Shown: positions 12,001 to 24,800, counted from the first letter of the stretch. The stretch: 64,000 bases of DNA from Phoronis australis (GCA_002633005.1 NMRA01000069.1:158203-222202), one strand, 5' to 3'. Translations and numbers: made by a program. Notes: generated by a model from the sequence alone, not told the origin.

Positions 12001-12275
12001 ACTTCCGGTTACATAGAGATGGCTACGTTACGTCCTCCTCTCGAGGACTTCATCAGGCCACTGAGTTGTCACGTGACCTGTCATGTGATCTGTCGCACAG
12101 TTTTCGCGGGATCCTTTTCAGCGCCCTGTCCCACGTCTTACAGGGTGTAGTTAAAAGAAACTTCAGCCCCCCCCCCTGTCTGTTGAGGCTAGGATTCTCA
12201 ATTCTCCCGTAAGTAGCTTCTTTGACCCTCTCCTAAACCAAATTTCCTCTCTATCTAGGATCTTGACATCTTCCA
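12001..12275 (-). mobile_element. Penelope-like element 3' remnant (GIY-YIG endonuclease C-terminus + pLTR)
   Basis: Minus-strand translation with one frameshift gives EDVKILDREEIWFRRG(V)KEATYGRIENPSLNRQGG, typical of the Penelope/Poseidon endonuclease end; a hammerhead-like motif follows. Confidence 0.85.
12021..12059 (-). ncRNA. Minimal hammerhead ribozyme-like motif (core mutated)
   Basis: GGC-CTGATGAA-GTCCTC-GAGAG-GAGGAC-GTAA-CGTA-GCC: CUGAnGA core, perfect 6-bp stem II, 3-bp closing stem, and GAAA altered to GTAA. Confidence 0.72.
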
Positions 12276-12590
12276 TGGCGGATCTAGGATATCACAAGGG
12301 GGGCAACATTTTGTCTGTAAACATTTGCGCAAAGCACGATTGTAGATGTGCATGGCACCGAATGGGGGGAGGTCGGGAGGGAGGTTTGCCTTCAAATGGT
12401 AAACCATGGACTGAGGGGATAAAGAGTTTTGAAATTGTCACTTGAATTTTCTCTCTTACCAGTTTAACGCAGTCTTTTGTTTATCGACTGTCCTCGCGGC
12501 CCCACACCTATGTAGGTTGCCACAGTTTATCCCTAACGCCTGAAAATTTTTGCCCGCCCCCCGGCCCCCCGCTCCCTACGGCCCTGTAAT
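12274..12590 (+). mobile_element. hAT-type MITE composite
   Basis: The 5' part repeats 11075-11190. The 3' part (ggtaaaccatg...ccctaacgcctgaaaat...ctacggccctg) recurs at ~46610-46791. Confidence 0.5.
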
Positions 12591-12639
12591 GAGCTTAGTC
12601 TGAGCAGCATTATTTTGCTAGCTTCCATCTCTTTCTTAC

Positions 12640-12749
12640 CTGTTAAACAACACTATGTCTGGCTTCCAAATCAGATGACTGGGTAGAGCAAGAGTTTTAA
12701 GTCCGTTGTAATCCGCTGGATCCCATTGGAGTGTCTCGTCGTGCCAATT
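12640..12749 (-). CDS. nAChR exon: MIR region and loop A
   Basis: tttcag|AAT acceptor, AG|gtaaga donor, 110 nt. Encodes [36 protein letters not shown](S). Confidence 0.95.
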
Positions 12750-13184
12750 CTGAAATTTGTTTTAAATTCACATCCTGTGTACAAAAACCTTTTAGCTAGT
12801 TTCGATATCATTGATAGTAATTTAAACGGTCCAGAGTCTATTATTACATTTTGGAAAATTTCAGTTTCCACGACTTGACTTTACCAGTAGCAATTCCTTG
12901 ACGACATTCGAAAAATCTTCGAGAGTCAAAAAGTAATTTTCGATTTGGCCCTCGCCGTGATGTCTTCAGAGAAATGAAAATTTTAAGTGGACAATGATTA
13001 AGTTGTTGATGTATTTTTGCTTAAACTGGATCAAATAAATAATTTTATCGTTCGTTAAACTCCAACTTGCCGCTTTGGGTCACTCCTATTGCCTTCACTT
13101 GCGTTCCCTTGGTCTCAGGTTTCATTGGATTTCATGTAGCGCGCTATTGTTTGACGTCATAACAAAATCAACGTGTTTCATATT

Positions 13185-13510
13185 AAATAACGTAGAAAAT
13201 AAATCTGAAACTAAATACATGAAAGGCGATCCATATCATTTCAAGGACGCTATTGTAGAATATATATATATACACACTCAGGTAAATAAAACAACAATAA
13301 TGGATCAACTGAACTTTTCGAACGTACAGTGCTAACATCCTTCGTCAACAGAAACAGAAATAAAGTAAAACCAAACACTATATTAGATGCCAATTGTGAT
13401 ATAATGTTTGATTTTGATTTTTACTTCATTTATGTTTCTGTTGACGAAGGGTGTTATTATATCCGAAAATTTCTGTTGATCCCTTGTTGTTATTTCATTT
13501 ACCTATCTAT
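13185..13510. mobile_element. Fold-back repeat, same family as 42295-42634 (opposite orientation), Penelope-pLTR-like
   Basis: Inverted arms ~13280-13380 and ~13400-13503. 13185-13280 is the reverse complement of ~42540-42624. Contains CTG-TTGACGAA-GGGTGT-TATT-ATATCC-GAAA. Confidence 0.65.
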
Positions 13511-14079
13511 GTTAATAACCAATTGTTTGAAACAGACAAAAATATTCAGATGTTTTTGAAATTAGTTACTATAGTAAGCAACAACTGTTTTGGTTTTTTT
13601 TATGAAACCGAACTGCAGTTGTCGCTGAACGAAGACAAGAACGAATTTTAAGCTTCAGAACAGTTTCAGTGGGTTGCTTTTATCCGGTTGGTCGCAATAT
13701 TTGCCCAAAGCATTGTCATTTAATGTACTAGTAAGTTGAAGCTCGACCTGGTGTCCATTTTCAAGGCAGTCTATTTGGACAGTCACCAAGCAGTACCGTG
13801 GTCGTATCATCAAATGTAAGTAGGCGCCCAATGCCCACCTTATCACTTTGCTCCGCAAACGTAACTTACAGTGCGTAAACGCTACATTTAAATGCCAAAA
13901 GGTGGTTGGTTACGCTTAACGTGCGCCTACGCTCCACTACAGCTCTGCCACCAGGACCAAGTTTGTAAATGTAATTTGTCAAAATCAAAAATTAGTTCTT
14001 TGATAGAAGCCTGCTACCGAAATCGCGCATGTATGATAAAAGTATACATGTAGTTGACTCGGTTTACCTGAATTGGGGT

Positions 14080-15790
14080 GAAGATATTACTGGGAGATGT
14101 CGATAGCTTATTATAAGTAGTGAATAAAGACCTTATACTTACTCAGTATGCTGATATGACACAAGTTTTTCTTAGATAGTTCACGGCGTAGTTTGCAAGC
14201 TGCTATTGAAGCTTTTAGTAGATATGCAGAAATGTCTGGTTTGAGAGTAAATTATTCCAAAACAAATGTTATGTGGTTGGGCAGTAAAATAATGTGTAAA
14301 GATGTTTTCCTTCATGCAAGATGGAAGTTGGAATGGGGCATGACGGAATTTAAGATGCTAGGTATCAAGTTCAGTGTTAACCTAGAAAAAAGTTGATTGA
14401 CATCAACTACAATGAGAGGATTGATGAAATTAATAATCTTATCAAAATTTGGTCTAAAAGAAAATCTCCTTTGTTGGGAAAGTTACGGTGGTAATGACCT
14501 TGATGGCGTCAAAAATTATTCACTTAATGACAGCTCTGCCTACTCCATCAGACATTATTATGAATGAATTGAAAGCAAACATTTTTAAGTTTATTTGGAA
14601 TAACAAAGTTGAGAGTGTAAAGTGTGATGTATTAACTAAAACTGATCAGGAAGGGAGAGTTAAAATGTTGAATATAATTCTTTTTAACAAGGCTATAACA
14701 TTTCATGGATAAAAAGACTACTTACATCGAAATCAAAATGGGTGAAATTGTTTGAACTTGAAACAGGGATTGCAAAGTCAAATATTATAAATTTTGGAAA
14801 TGATTTTGTTAAATACCATACTGAAATAATCAATCCTTTTTGGAACGAATTTCTAAGCAACTGGTCTTTTTCACAAGTAAACAGCCCCACGAAGATGTGA
14901 ATGATTTACTCTCATCAAATTTATGTCATAATGATGAAATTCTAATAGACAGAACATCTATATTCTTTAGCAAGTATACTAGTAGTGGTTTTCTTTTTAT
15001 TAATGACGTAATTGATAAAAATTACTGGTTTTACTAATTTTCTGAAATTAAAAAGATCTCGAATATATCTACAAACTTTTTGAAATATTGTTCTCTGATT
15101 GAGTTTATTAGGTCGTTTCTGAGGAGAACACCATTGCAAATGCAGATAATTAAGATTTATGGATCAACAATACCTTTTAATATCCGTAATTTTTTAAACT
15201 GCACGTCAATATGTAAAATGGTATATGGAATTGTTTGCCAGAACAAAATTTTGCCTATTGCCCAAAAAAGATTTCAAGAAGAAGGTTATAACTTTCAAGG
15301 TGATGACTGGAAAAAATATATTTATTTGCCTTTTAAAACGACTTACAGGTGGTTTCAAGCTATACAATACTTGCAGCGAACTGTTTTTCTTAAAAAAATA
15401 ACCCTGCTGGACTCTGGTGTATGTACTTTCTGCCATTCACAAAGTGGAACAGTGGATCACATCATTTTCGAATACAATAATATAAAAATATTGATAGGAG
15501 GATTAAGCAGTTGGGAGTTGTTGGTAAAAGGTATAAATATGGTGATTGATAAAAACAATGATGTTGGCATGCCCATTAGAAATGAAAATAAAGTTTTAAA
15601 TTGAATACTTTAGCAATTAAAATATTTTATTTACGTATCTAGGTGCATAAAATAATCCCCAGACTCTGTCATTACCTTAAGATATTAGAAAGAAAATTTT
15701 ATATTTAAAGAAGAGTTTTATTGGATAATGGTAATTTAGATGAATACCATGCAACCTGGAGAAGCTGGTTAACCATACCTTTTCCTGACA
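14080..15790 (+). mobile_element. 5'-truncated L1/Tx1-clade LINE, degenerate ORF2 (RT C-half + C-terminal zinc knuckle)
   Basis: Fragmented translation: LTQYAD, SGLRVNYSKT..WLG, FKMLGIKF, IKIWSKR, IFKFIWN, WIKRLL, CTFC...TVDHIIF; multiple stops and frameshifts. Confidence 0.85.
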
Positions 15791-16512
15791 ACATTATACT
15801 GAAAGTTGGTGGGTATATTGAGGAGTTCGGGTGCGTGGGTGCGTGTGTGTGTTAAGTGTGAGAATGGCTTGTTTGTTGTTTTACAAGTTTTTGAGTTTCT
15901 ATTCTGTTTACCAATAAAAAAGACCTAATACATGACTTTTGATAAATGATGATTTTATTTTGGAACTAATTTGCGATTGGAAGGTGGTAAGTACTTTGTG
16001 CGTCGGTCGGTGTATCGGGTGTTAGAAGGCGTTTGCGACGTTTGTAAAGTTGCGGGTCTGGGTGAAATTTGTTCTCTGCGAAGCATTAGGTGATATCTGT
16101 TTCAAGTACAAAAGGTTAAATTACTATGATATCTTTCCATTAATATGTCGACCCTATTGCTAAGTCTTTCTTCGGTCACCGATGCCAATTTCCAATAAAC
16201 TAGGACGTTTGCATTCATATTTTGAACTCAATTACCTACATGTGGGCACCTGTATGTATTGCTTTTGCGGGTGCCGGACACACGGGAATTAACCATTCAG
16301 TTTTAACGGTTAACTATACGAGCCCCGGGGAAGATGGCGATGGGTACACGCATGCTGCTAGCGATCCTGGTGGCAGTCCCCTATTTGAACGGTAGGCTCA
16401 GTGTTGGGCAGGCATACTAGGTCAACGGAAACCTGAACGTTCAGAATCAAGTAAACTCTTGTTATTATTGCTACAGACGAATTTGTAGATTGCTAATTGA
16501 ATTGTCATTTAC

Positions 16513-16646
16513 CTGAGACAGGAATGCAGTAGTGGTGATAACCTGGTTCTTTACGTCGACGTCAGATATGTGTGTAAGCCCGACCAACAGTTCAACGGTG
16601 ACTGGTTTAGAGGCGTTGTAAACAGGACGAGAAACCTTGTTATACC
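16513..16646 (-). CDS. nAChR exon: N-terminal ligand-binding domain (beta1-beta2, loop D)
   Basis: ctaac branch-like site then cctttttag|GG acceptor; CAG|gtaaat donor. Encodes YNKVSRPVYNASKPVTVELLVGLTHISDVDVKNQVITTTAFLSQ (YNK..RPV and DVD.KNQ motifs). Confidence 0.93.
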
Positions 16647-19600
16647 CTAAAAAGGCAAAGTCGTTGGACGAATGTAGTTAGCAAATCTGGCCGATTTCTT
16701 TTATGTCGAAACTAATTTTTCACAGATTCGCAAGACGATGAAGTGTGTCAGATGGTCTACTGTGTGTCCCGAGGATGCACGTCCCAAAAATCCTACTACC
16801 CTGTTTAAAAACGGGAGTTCAAATTTTATTCTTACTGCATGACAAAAAAACAATCCTGCCCTCAAAACAAAGAATACCCTAATGGTGTGAAATGACCTTA
16901 AGAAATCAAATGTGTGAAATGCTTCCTGGGAAGTCGAAGTGGCCATGGTTAAAAAGTACCCTTTATTGACCAAAATGGATGAAAACATACACAAAGTGCG
17001 AACCGCACGTGACGCCCCAGAATCCCAAAGAGAGACCATTGCGTGTTTTTCTTAAAATTAGTGTATTAGCTTCTCGAGTCATGCTCCTGAGGCCTGCATA
17101 ATTCTCTTTACAGGTAAATCGGGAGAATTTCAGAAAGAGTGGTGGAGGTTATAGATACTAAATAAACAAAGGAGAAATATGTGATGTGTGATATGCAGTA
17201 ATGTGAACTGTGAATTGAGAAAAGGGCCGTTATGTGTTGAACATCGTAAGTGTTGCCTGCAGACATTCTTGGTGGCTTAGTGGTGGGTCAAACAGTGAAA
17301 ATTATCTTAATGTTTACCAGTTGTTGGAAGGTGTGATATCACTTGTGAAACAAGTTTCTTGAAAGTACAAGGCTGATTTTCGTTACCACGTGGAAGCGTA
17401 TCTCCCCTGCTTTCAATAAACATTCCTCTGATAAAAAGTGATATTCGCACCCCTAATTCTCACATTGGTTGTGCGTACAACAACATTTACAAGGATTTCA
17501 GATAAATTCAAGTGATGCAAATGATTTTCTTACGGTAGTTGATGTCACAAGGCTGGTTGACAAGAAAATGGGCAGTGCAGGACTGAAAAAACTGGGCCAT
17601 AGACCCAGCCCCCCCCCCCCCCTGTGCTGCACCGTTCATAGGCCATGGGCGACGCAGCACTGAAAAAAGGGACGAGGTTATAGTCCCCCCCCAGCTCCTT
17701 GTGGTGCGCCAGCCATAGCGCATCCTCGTTTTCGATACTTGCCTTTCATGATATGGTCGTAAAGCCTCTGCTCGTCAGTTCTAGTGTCCAAGCTTGCAGT
17801 AGTTTCGGCTTTTGACTCAGTCAAATGTCCCGCACCTGACGTAGAAAAAAATAGCTATTATTTGACTTTCTGGTTGCACTGTGTTGGTTGGTGAAAAGGA
17901 AGACGAGTGATTACGTAAGAGGCTAAGCAGACATTTGAACTCGTCTCTTCCTCACTACCCGCTATCGTAACAAGATTTCAAGATCAACTGCTAGTGCCTG
18001 CTGTTCTTTCCGATATTGCACCTGATGTAGACATAAATGCTGGCGTTGCACGTAGCAAAATAACAGTGGGTTTTTCGAAAGTGTAGAATGTTGTTGGTTC
18101 GCGTTTGATATTAAAGTCAAGGAGCAGAAAGAAAACTTAGTATGCTGGCCAAGCTGAAATATAGGGAAGCATGCCAATGAGGTCATGCAGGACGCTAGAG
18201 AAATGTTCAAATTTGTCAGTGCTTGTACATGCAATATCATTTCTTAGAAAGGGGTAATCAAAATGATATACTTTTGTGCACCTTTTCCGAGACATTTTTG
18301 GAGCTGGTTTTGGAATGTTCCATGTTGTTTGACGGTCTTCCGGTTTATATGACTGTTACTATTTTTCTGAACTAAACGAAAATAAGGTGATAATTTAGAA
18401 AACTGCGGCAGCGTTATTTGTTTGAGACTTCATCTTGAACATTTATATTGAACAAAAGTTGGTCATGTTGTTGCTTTCGTTTCTTTGATACTTCTGCACC
18501 TTTCTTTTAGGCTGAATTTTATCAAAAGGACAAAGTCGCGTGACCTAATTTTAATGGCAGGTAATTAAAGAGTCAAAATGTCAGATTCTACAGTCTTCCT
18601 GCTTTCAGAAAACTTTTACTTTTACTGTGTCAAAATCGATAGTTTTGTAGATTCTTGGCTAAATAACGGGTTTGTCGATTAGGTCCCACACAACCTTAAA
18701 TATGAAATAAAATAATACTGACAAGGCTGAGAAGAAAGCATAATTAGTATGTTCTGAAATACAATGAAATACAATACAGCATGTGGAGGAGGAGACATTA
18801 CATGCAGGTAGGCCCAGGGAAGACGCAGCTACCGAAATATCACCTTGATATTGAACATCTGATGCAGTCTCCGGCCCGTCAGTGTTATCTACAACAAAAG
18901 TACTTTTGGCAGGTGCGCATAATGGGATATCGCAAAACTGCCATTGAGTGTCAGCTTATGTACTATAGCACCAGGGACGTGAAGAATTATCCGGATTGCG
19001 GAGAAGTTTTCGTGAAGGTCTCCGTCGTCCCTAAAGAAACGGTGGGGGTGTGGGCTTTGCGCACGCCACCTTTGGCACGCGAGACTTCCTGCTCCGCCAC
19101 GTTGATTATTCCTGAGAAATTGGCACCGTTTTGTATTCTACAATTGATGCTCTCTGGAATGCATATTGATCGTGGAGTGTAACACTTAACAATTTATTGA
19201 GACACACACAAATATATAATATTGTACAACTCAGCACTGAAATCACAGTTAGCATTACACCCGGGCTTTAGCTTATGAACACATAATAATAAATAAGACT
19301 ATTAAACTGTTATCAGTATACACAACAGTAAGAGAAAAGCGTAGTGTAAAGCGCAAACTTTACGAAGTTGAGAACCTGAGAATAGAGTTTAGAAACACGA
19401 AACATATAACGATGCAGAAAAAGACAAAACCTATAATACATATCATCAGGAATCAACCCTCACGCAACATATGATAAAAACAAGCATGGAAGCGTACATG
19501 CAACGAATGAAATGAAGTTAAAAACTCAATTTTGACGAATAGGTATAATCAAAAGCAAACAAAGGCACAGCGTCGATAAGAATGAGATAAACTTGTAAAA

Positions 19601-22059
19601 TACGTTTTGTATTATATCCGTCGCATTGATGTATGCATACTGCAAGTAATTTTAGACATGTAAACATTGTAGTAATATCACGTTGCCTTGTAGCTTCATG
19701 TAACTAAACATCTATAGGCAAGTCTGAACGTGAATTGATAACTTTGAGGGAAAGACATCGAGCATAGCCCCTGTGGCTGACTTTCACATGTAATTACTCT
19801 GAATAGAAACTGTCCATGTTGGCAATTCTAATTTTGTCATTGACACACAGCAATTCCCACTGCAATGTAAGCAGAAAGTCCCGGGTTCGCGCAAGAAATC
19901 TGTGCGGACTTAAAAGAATACTAAACCCTCTTTTGAGGATATCAACCAATCCTTGTAGGAAATCTGCACAACGTCAAGCCACTTTAAATTATTCAAAAGC
20001 ACATCATAAATTATGCAACACCTAACGAGAATAGGAAGATGAAATTACAATAATTAGACTACTTAACTTAGCTAACTGTCAATTAAAACATTTTAAATTT
20101 GTAACCGTAATTTGTACTTAGGCTAATAAACAGTAAATAAAAACTAAATTAAAACACTTTAAGTTAATAAGCGGCATTTGTCAATAGATGGTAATACTGT
20201 AATAAAATTCTCACCCGCAGCCGAGGCACGACCCCATGCTCTTTATGGCCGAAATACATAAACGCTTCCCTCTTTTTAGAAAAAAAATCCCCCCTTGTGA
20301 GTTTCATTCTTGGTCATCTCCAGTCAAAATGTTCGGGATGTCTCTGAGAAGTTCATTAGATATTTGAACCTTTTTCAGCTATGAGACATCTTTTTCTCGC
20401 TGCAATACATTAATATGTAATTTCAACCGTTCGTTGTCCAATCTCGTATTTTCCAACACCGCTAAAGCTATCAGGTGTTTTCTTGAATTTTCTGTCACAG
20501 TAAAAGAAATGGTGTAAGGTATAAGAACATATACAGTTTCAGTGCACAGCCGATTATACAGTAAAATTTCGAATAGATGACAACATGTTCATCTTAAGGT
20601 TATTGTCAACCTCCGATTGTGCTTCACGAGTGTCAGTCACTTTTCATCACGCATGTTCATTATCAGCTCGTGAAAGTACATATTTTAAATCCCTCATAAA
20701 AGACGAAGCAGAACTTAAAATACCAAATAGGTATTCTGAATGATGTGAGAATTATTTTTAGTGTAACATTTCTTTTTATCATGTCAACTTTTTAATACGT
20801 TTTTTTCAACACGTGGATAGATTCGTTTAACAAATTGTGCACTTGTTATATGCTCTATAGTCGACATAATGGTGTCTCGGAGTTTTAAGTAAGCGTCAAT
20901 CTACATATACAAAGACATCAGTCTTGATTAACGGCCAGTGTAATGGCTAGGGAGAAACATTTCAGAAAATAGTTAGACATAATTCTTGATGTCTCCGGTT
21001 GCGACACTCCCGATTCTTGGGGACTCCGGCTGATGCCTGCAAAACAGATAAATTCGATTTTTGTATTTTAGGAAATAACTATATAAACACAAAATTTTCA
21101 TAAATTTTTGACCAACAGAGACTGCTGAAACTGGCACATCTCCGTTCAAAAATTGCAACAACGCAGCTTCTGGCTCAAATTCTTACATTGCGACAGTCCA
21201 GTGCGTCGGATAGTTATCGTAAACATTAGCAATTTATGATGCTTGAAAGTGGATGGAGTCTTAAAAGTATCTGTTCATATTCACGGAGTCAGAGAGAGAC
21301 AAGCGGCATAAAACATCTATACTTACTGTCAGATTCATGACTTCCCAAAACTGAGGACATAGCACCGCGGCATTCAGGATATTCTGAAATATAATGTAAC
21401 AGAATAAAGATATGAGATAAAGTCATTGAAACTTTCAATTCAACTAAAACTTCTCAAACATTTAAGTGCGCTGTTTTGGTGACACTTGCGCACAACACGC
21501 AGATTATGAAGTACTCCATCAATAATACTCACTTTTGTTTAGAAATAGAAATTGTAAGGAACTGAAAAAAAATAAATTATATGTCTCAATTCAATGCCTT
21601 CCTTTTTTATACAAAGTTGAATCTTTAAAAGATAATCAAGAATAAGTAAAAACTTAGCAAACGCCATAGTTGTCGTTTTTAGAACTGTTTTTAATTGGAA
21701 TTTCTTACTTACACCATCTACATGATAAGAAATGACTGTTAACTGATTTACCTTACCTTGTGCTATGGAGCCGAAATATGGGGCTTTCAAGAATATAACT
21801 GGTTAGAACAAGTGCATATTCAACTTTGTAAGCGTGTGTTGGATGTATCTAATTCATACTTCAACGATGCTGTAGTGAGCGAATGTGGGTGATTGCCGTT
21901 ATTTACTATGCACTACATGTTGCCGTGATTACGTAATGGTTCAAACTTCTCAACATGCCTTCTCATCGTAACTCAGGGGCAACTTACACCAATTTGCTTG
22001 AATCAGATCAAAATCGTAGACATTCCCAACATTGGGCCACATCAGTTTGACTTGTTTTG

Positions 22060-22560
22060 TCAAATTATAGATTTCACGAAGTTTGGTTGAATCAAGGCGT
22101 TGTGTGTGAAAACACTTTTCTGCTAGTTTTTAGACAGCAAATAAAGTATTGTTCTTTACAAGAATGGAGACAAAATGTTGATAGTAATCGTAAACTGTGT
22201 ATTTGTAATCATTTTAAAAAGGAATTCAAGTTGGACATTTTTTAAGTGTGAGTATACCCCGTGGACAAATTATGTCCTTGGTATGTTTTCTTTGTTCCAG
22301 CTACAGTCTCATGATAGAAGTAACCAGGCACTTGAATTGGGATAGGACGAAAAGAGTGTGCCCTTCTGCCCCAGTGTTGTAGACGACGTGTATGGATTCC
22401 CTCTAAGCTGTGATAAGTGTTCTGAACTGAGACAAAATTAGATTGAAGTGTACTACTGGAAATTTCCGTCTTTCATTAGTTTAATGCATTGATCTCAACA
22501 AGTGATGATGATAAATTAGTTAATATATGTAAATATGTATTTTACGCTTTACGTCTCCGT
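22060..22560 (+). mobile_element. 3' fragment of an RTE-X/CR1-like LINE
   Basis: Translates as VWLNQGV..E..FL..FRQ..LQEW, followed by a decayed C..C...D..(H)F.L.C...LR knuckle. Confidence 0.6.
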
Positions 22561-23490
22561 GGTAGTTTGCTGCCGCTCCTGGAAAGCGCAATGAATTTAG
22601 TAATTAAAACAAAAAATACCATAAGCTGTTTAATAAATTTGCAGTCTTACACAAATACCCACCTACACAAATACACTGCAATTTCTTCCCAAGATTTTTG
22701 CTTTTTATAAGTAGACGACTTCGTACCACAACCTTTGTGTTTTCCGAATAGAATATCTTCAGGACTAAGGATTTTTTCTAGAAGCAAATCTTTTTCGCCG
22801 TTCCATAATTTTCTTCTTTCCCGCTTCGCTGGTAGATTGATGATTACTGAAATGTAATTCAATTATACGTACATGTAAATGTAACCGATTTGTGATCGGA
22901 AGAGATTTGACGCCAACTGAAAATGAACGGATGTTTTGCTCACTTTGCCGTATTTGGTAAAGGTAATATTTAAAAAGCACATTCGAAAACAGAAATTTTA
23001 AGGAATTAGTAAAGATGTGTATATTTGTTTTGGCAAAACTTCAATGTCATAGTTTAGGCTAACAATGCTCGACAACCTTCATTCGACTCCTAAGTGAAAA
23101 ATCAATGAGAGTTTTCTCCTGATGTAATGAGTTAGGCATGCAGGTAGCATACATCAATGTATTACATATTTTGGGTGAGATTTACGGGGACAAAAATGAC
23201 ATGACACCCACTTTTTGGTGGTATATAAATTGGGCACGCGCTGGTGTAGAACTCTAAAATTTGGCATGTGTTCATTTGCGGGCTTTTTTCTGAAATTCTT
23301 ACCCACATATGGTAATAAAATGCTCTTGTTTAATGACATACGTACCCAGTATTTTTTGCTGTGGGCGTGGGTAGTACCCCATTCGGGTATGTTTGAATAG
23401 GGCTGGTGATATTATATGGCGACCAGCATGGTAATACTTGGTGTGACTGTGCCAATTGTAAAAGTAAATGTGTCGAGTTCAGGAGACCAT

Positions 23491-23891
23491 GGCCCGGTCT
23501 CCAATCTTTTTACTCGAAATGGAACTCGAAATTAGGTTTGGCATTTTCTACTCTACTTTTGGGCGAACTCAAGATAAGTATCTATTATTCTATGCTCGAG
23601 TACACAATAACTTACGTAGATAATTTACTGCCCTTAGTTCAAAGTTTGTAAATCCAATATTAAAGCAATAAGTTCGAGTTTGAACTCGAAATTTCGAGTT
23701 TTTACTCGAGATTGTAGCACGAATATAAGGGTCTTCAAGGGCAAACTTGAACTAGAAACTCCTATGCATAAACTATAATATATTCGAGCACAGTCTGATA
23801 ACCAAATATCTTAAGTTCGCACAAAAGGAGTAGAGAAATTGCCAAAAAAAGTTTCGAGTTCGTTTCGAGTACAAAGATTAGAGATCGGGCC
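23491..23891. mobile_element. ~400-bp PIF/Harbinger-like MITE
   Basis: TIRs GGCCCGGTCTCCAATCTTT / AAAGATTAGAGATCGGGCC, flanked by a 3-bp direct repeat CAT (23488-23490, 23892-23894). Confidence 0.8.
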
Positions 23892-24001
23892 CATGAGCCC
23901 CTTTTACCCACTGGCTAAATCAGCCACTCATAGTGAGACTGTAGCTGCTCCGACTCCACTCGTGAATTTGATGTGATGAGCTTTTGCACATGATTAAGAC
24001 A

Positions 24002-24800
24002 TACCGTCAGAGGTCCTAAAGTCGTGAGTGCCCTAAAGTCGTGAACGAACTTATTTCCTCTTCTGCGCTGTCCCGCGACATCGGCGTGGAAGTTTCAAGC
24101 GTTCGTCTGCTTACGAACGTCAAACAAATACCCGGACGTGTTGGTATTCACAATATGATAAAAACACAGTGAGTGAGTGGCTTCTTTTTTCAAATGTATC
24201 TTAAAATCAGCATATATCACTAATCCACTTTTTTGTGCTTATTTTCGAAAATATTTATCGTTCGGATTTACTCAACACGCGCTCCAGGGGTAGCTTGAGC
24301 AATGCATCAAACTTTCCCAGGTTCGATCATGTTTTGTAAGACCAAAGCAATAAAATACAGAGAGATAATTGATGCTGGGTTCTTAGCGTTTTACGTGAAC
24401 AACCTCTTTGAAACCGTCTGTTCACATCAAAGTTGGGTGCAATACATATAACAATTTATTTCAATTGAAACTGAATTAATAAACAATGCAGTGCATTTTT
24501 ATGACGTCTAGAGTAACTGCAAGCATTGTAGTTGACTTGTGTGGTCTTACTTCGTGCATTTCCGTCTAAACGAAAAGGTCACGACTTTAGAGCATCATTC
24601 AAAATGGCTTCGATATCAGCGACCGTTTCAAAACTCTCCTTATGGAGACAAACAAGGATAAAGATTGTCAAAACACGTATATTTGTGACGGCTGATATAT
24701 GTCCATGACATCACAGGAGCAGTTGCTAACGAACATTGGGAAGTATGACAATCAGCTGCTTATTAAGCTTATATTCACGACTTTAAGTCACCGGTGTCTA
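24002..24800. mobile_element. Non-autonomous DNA transposon remnant
   Basis: Starts TACCGTCAGAGGTCCTAAAGTCGTGA with a repeated CTAAAGTCGTGA; inverted copies TCACGACTTTA at ~24579 and ~24776. Confidence 0.4.

Noticed and set aside
18781-19182. 133-aa ORF and the many other 60-130 aa ORFs in the track
   Set aside because: No recognisable motifs or splice-consistent partners; many lie in repeats or antisense to real coding sequence.
20214-20260. Minus-strand donor (CGG|gtgaga) as a candidate nAChR first exon
   Set aside because: The ATG-initiated frames give the wrong phase for the 16646 exon and no signal peptide.
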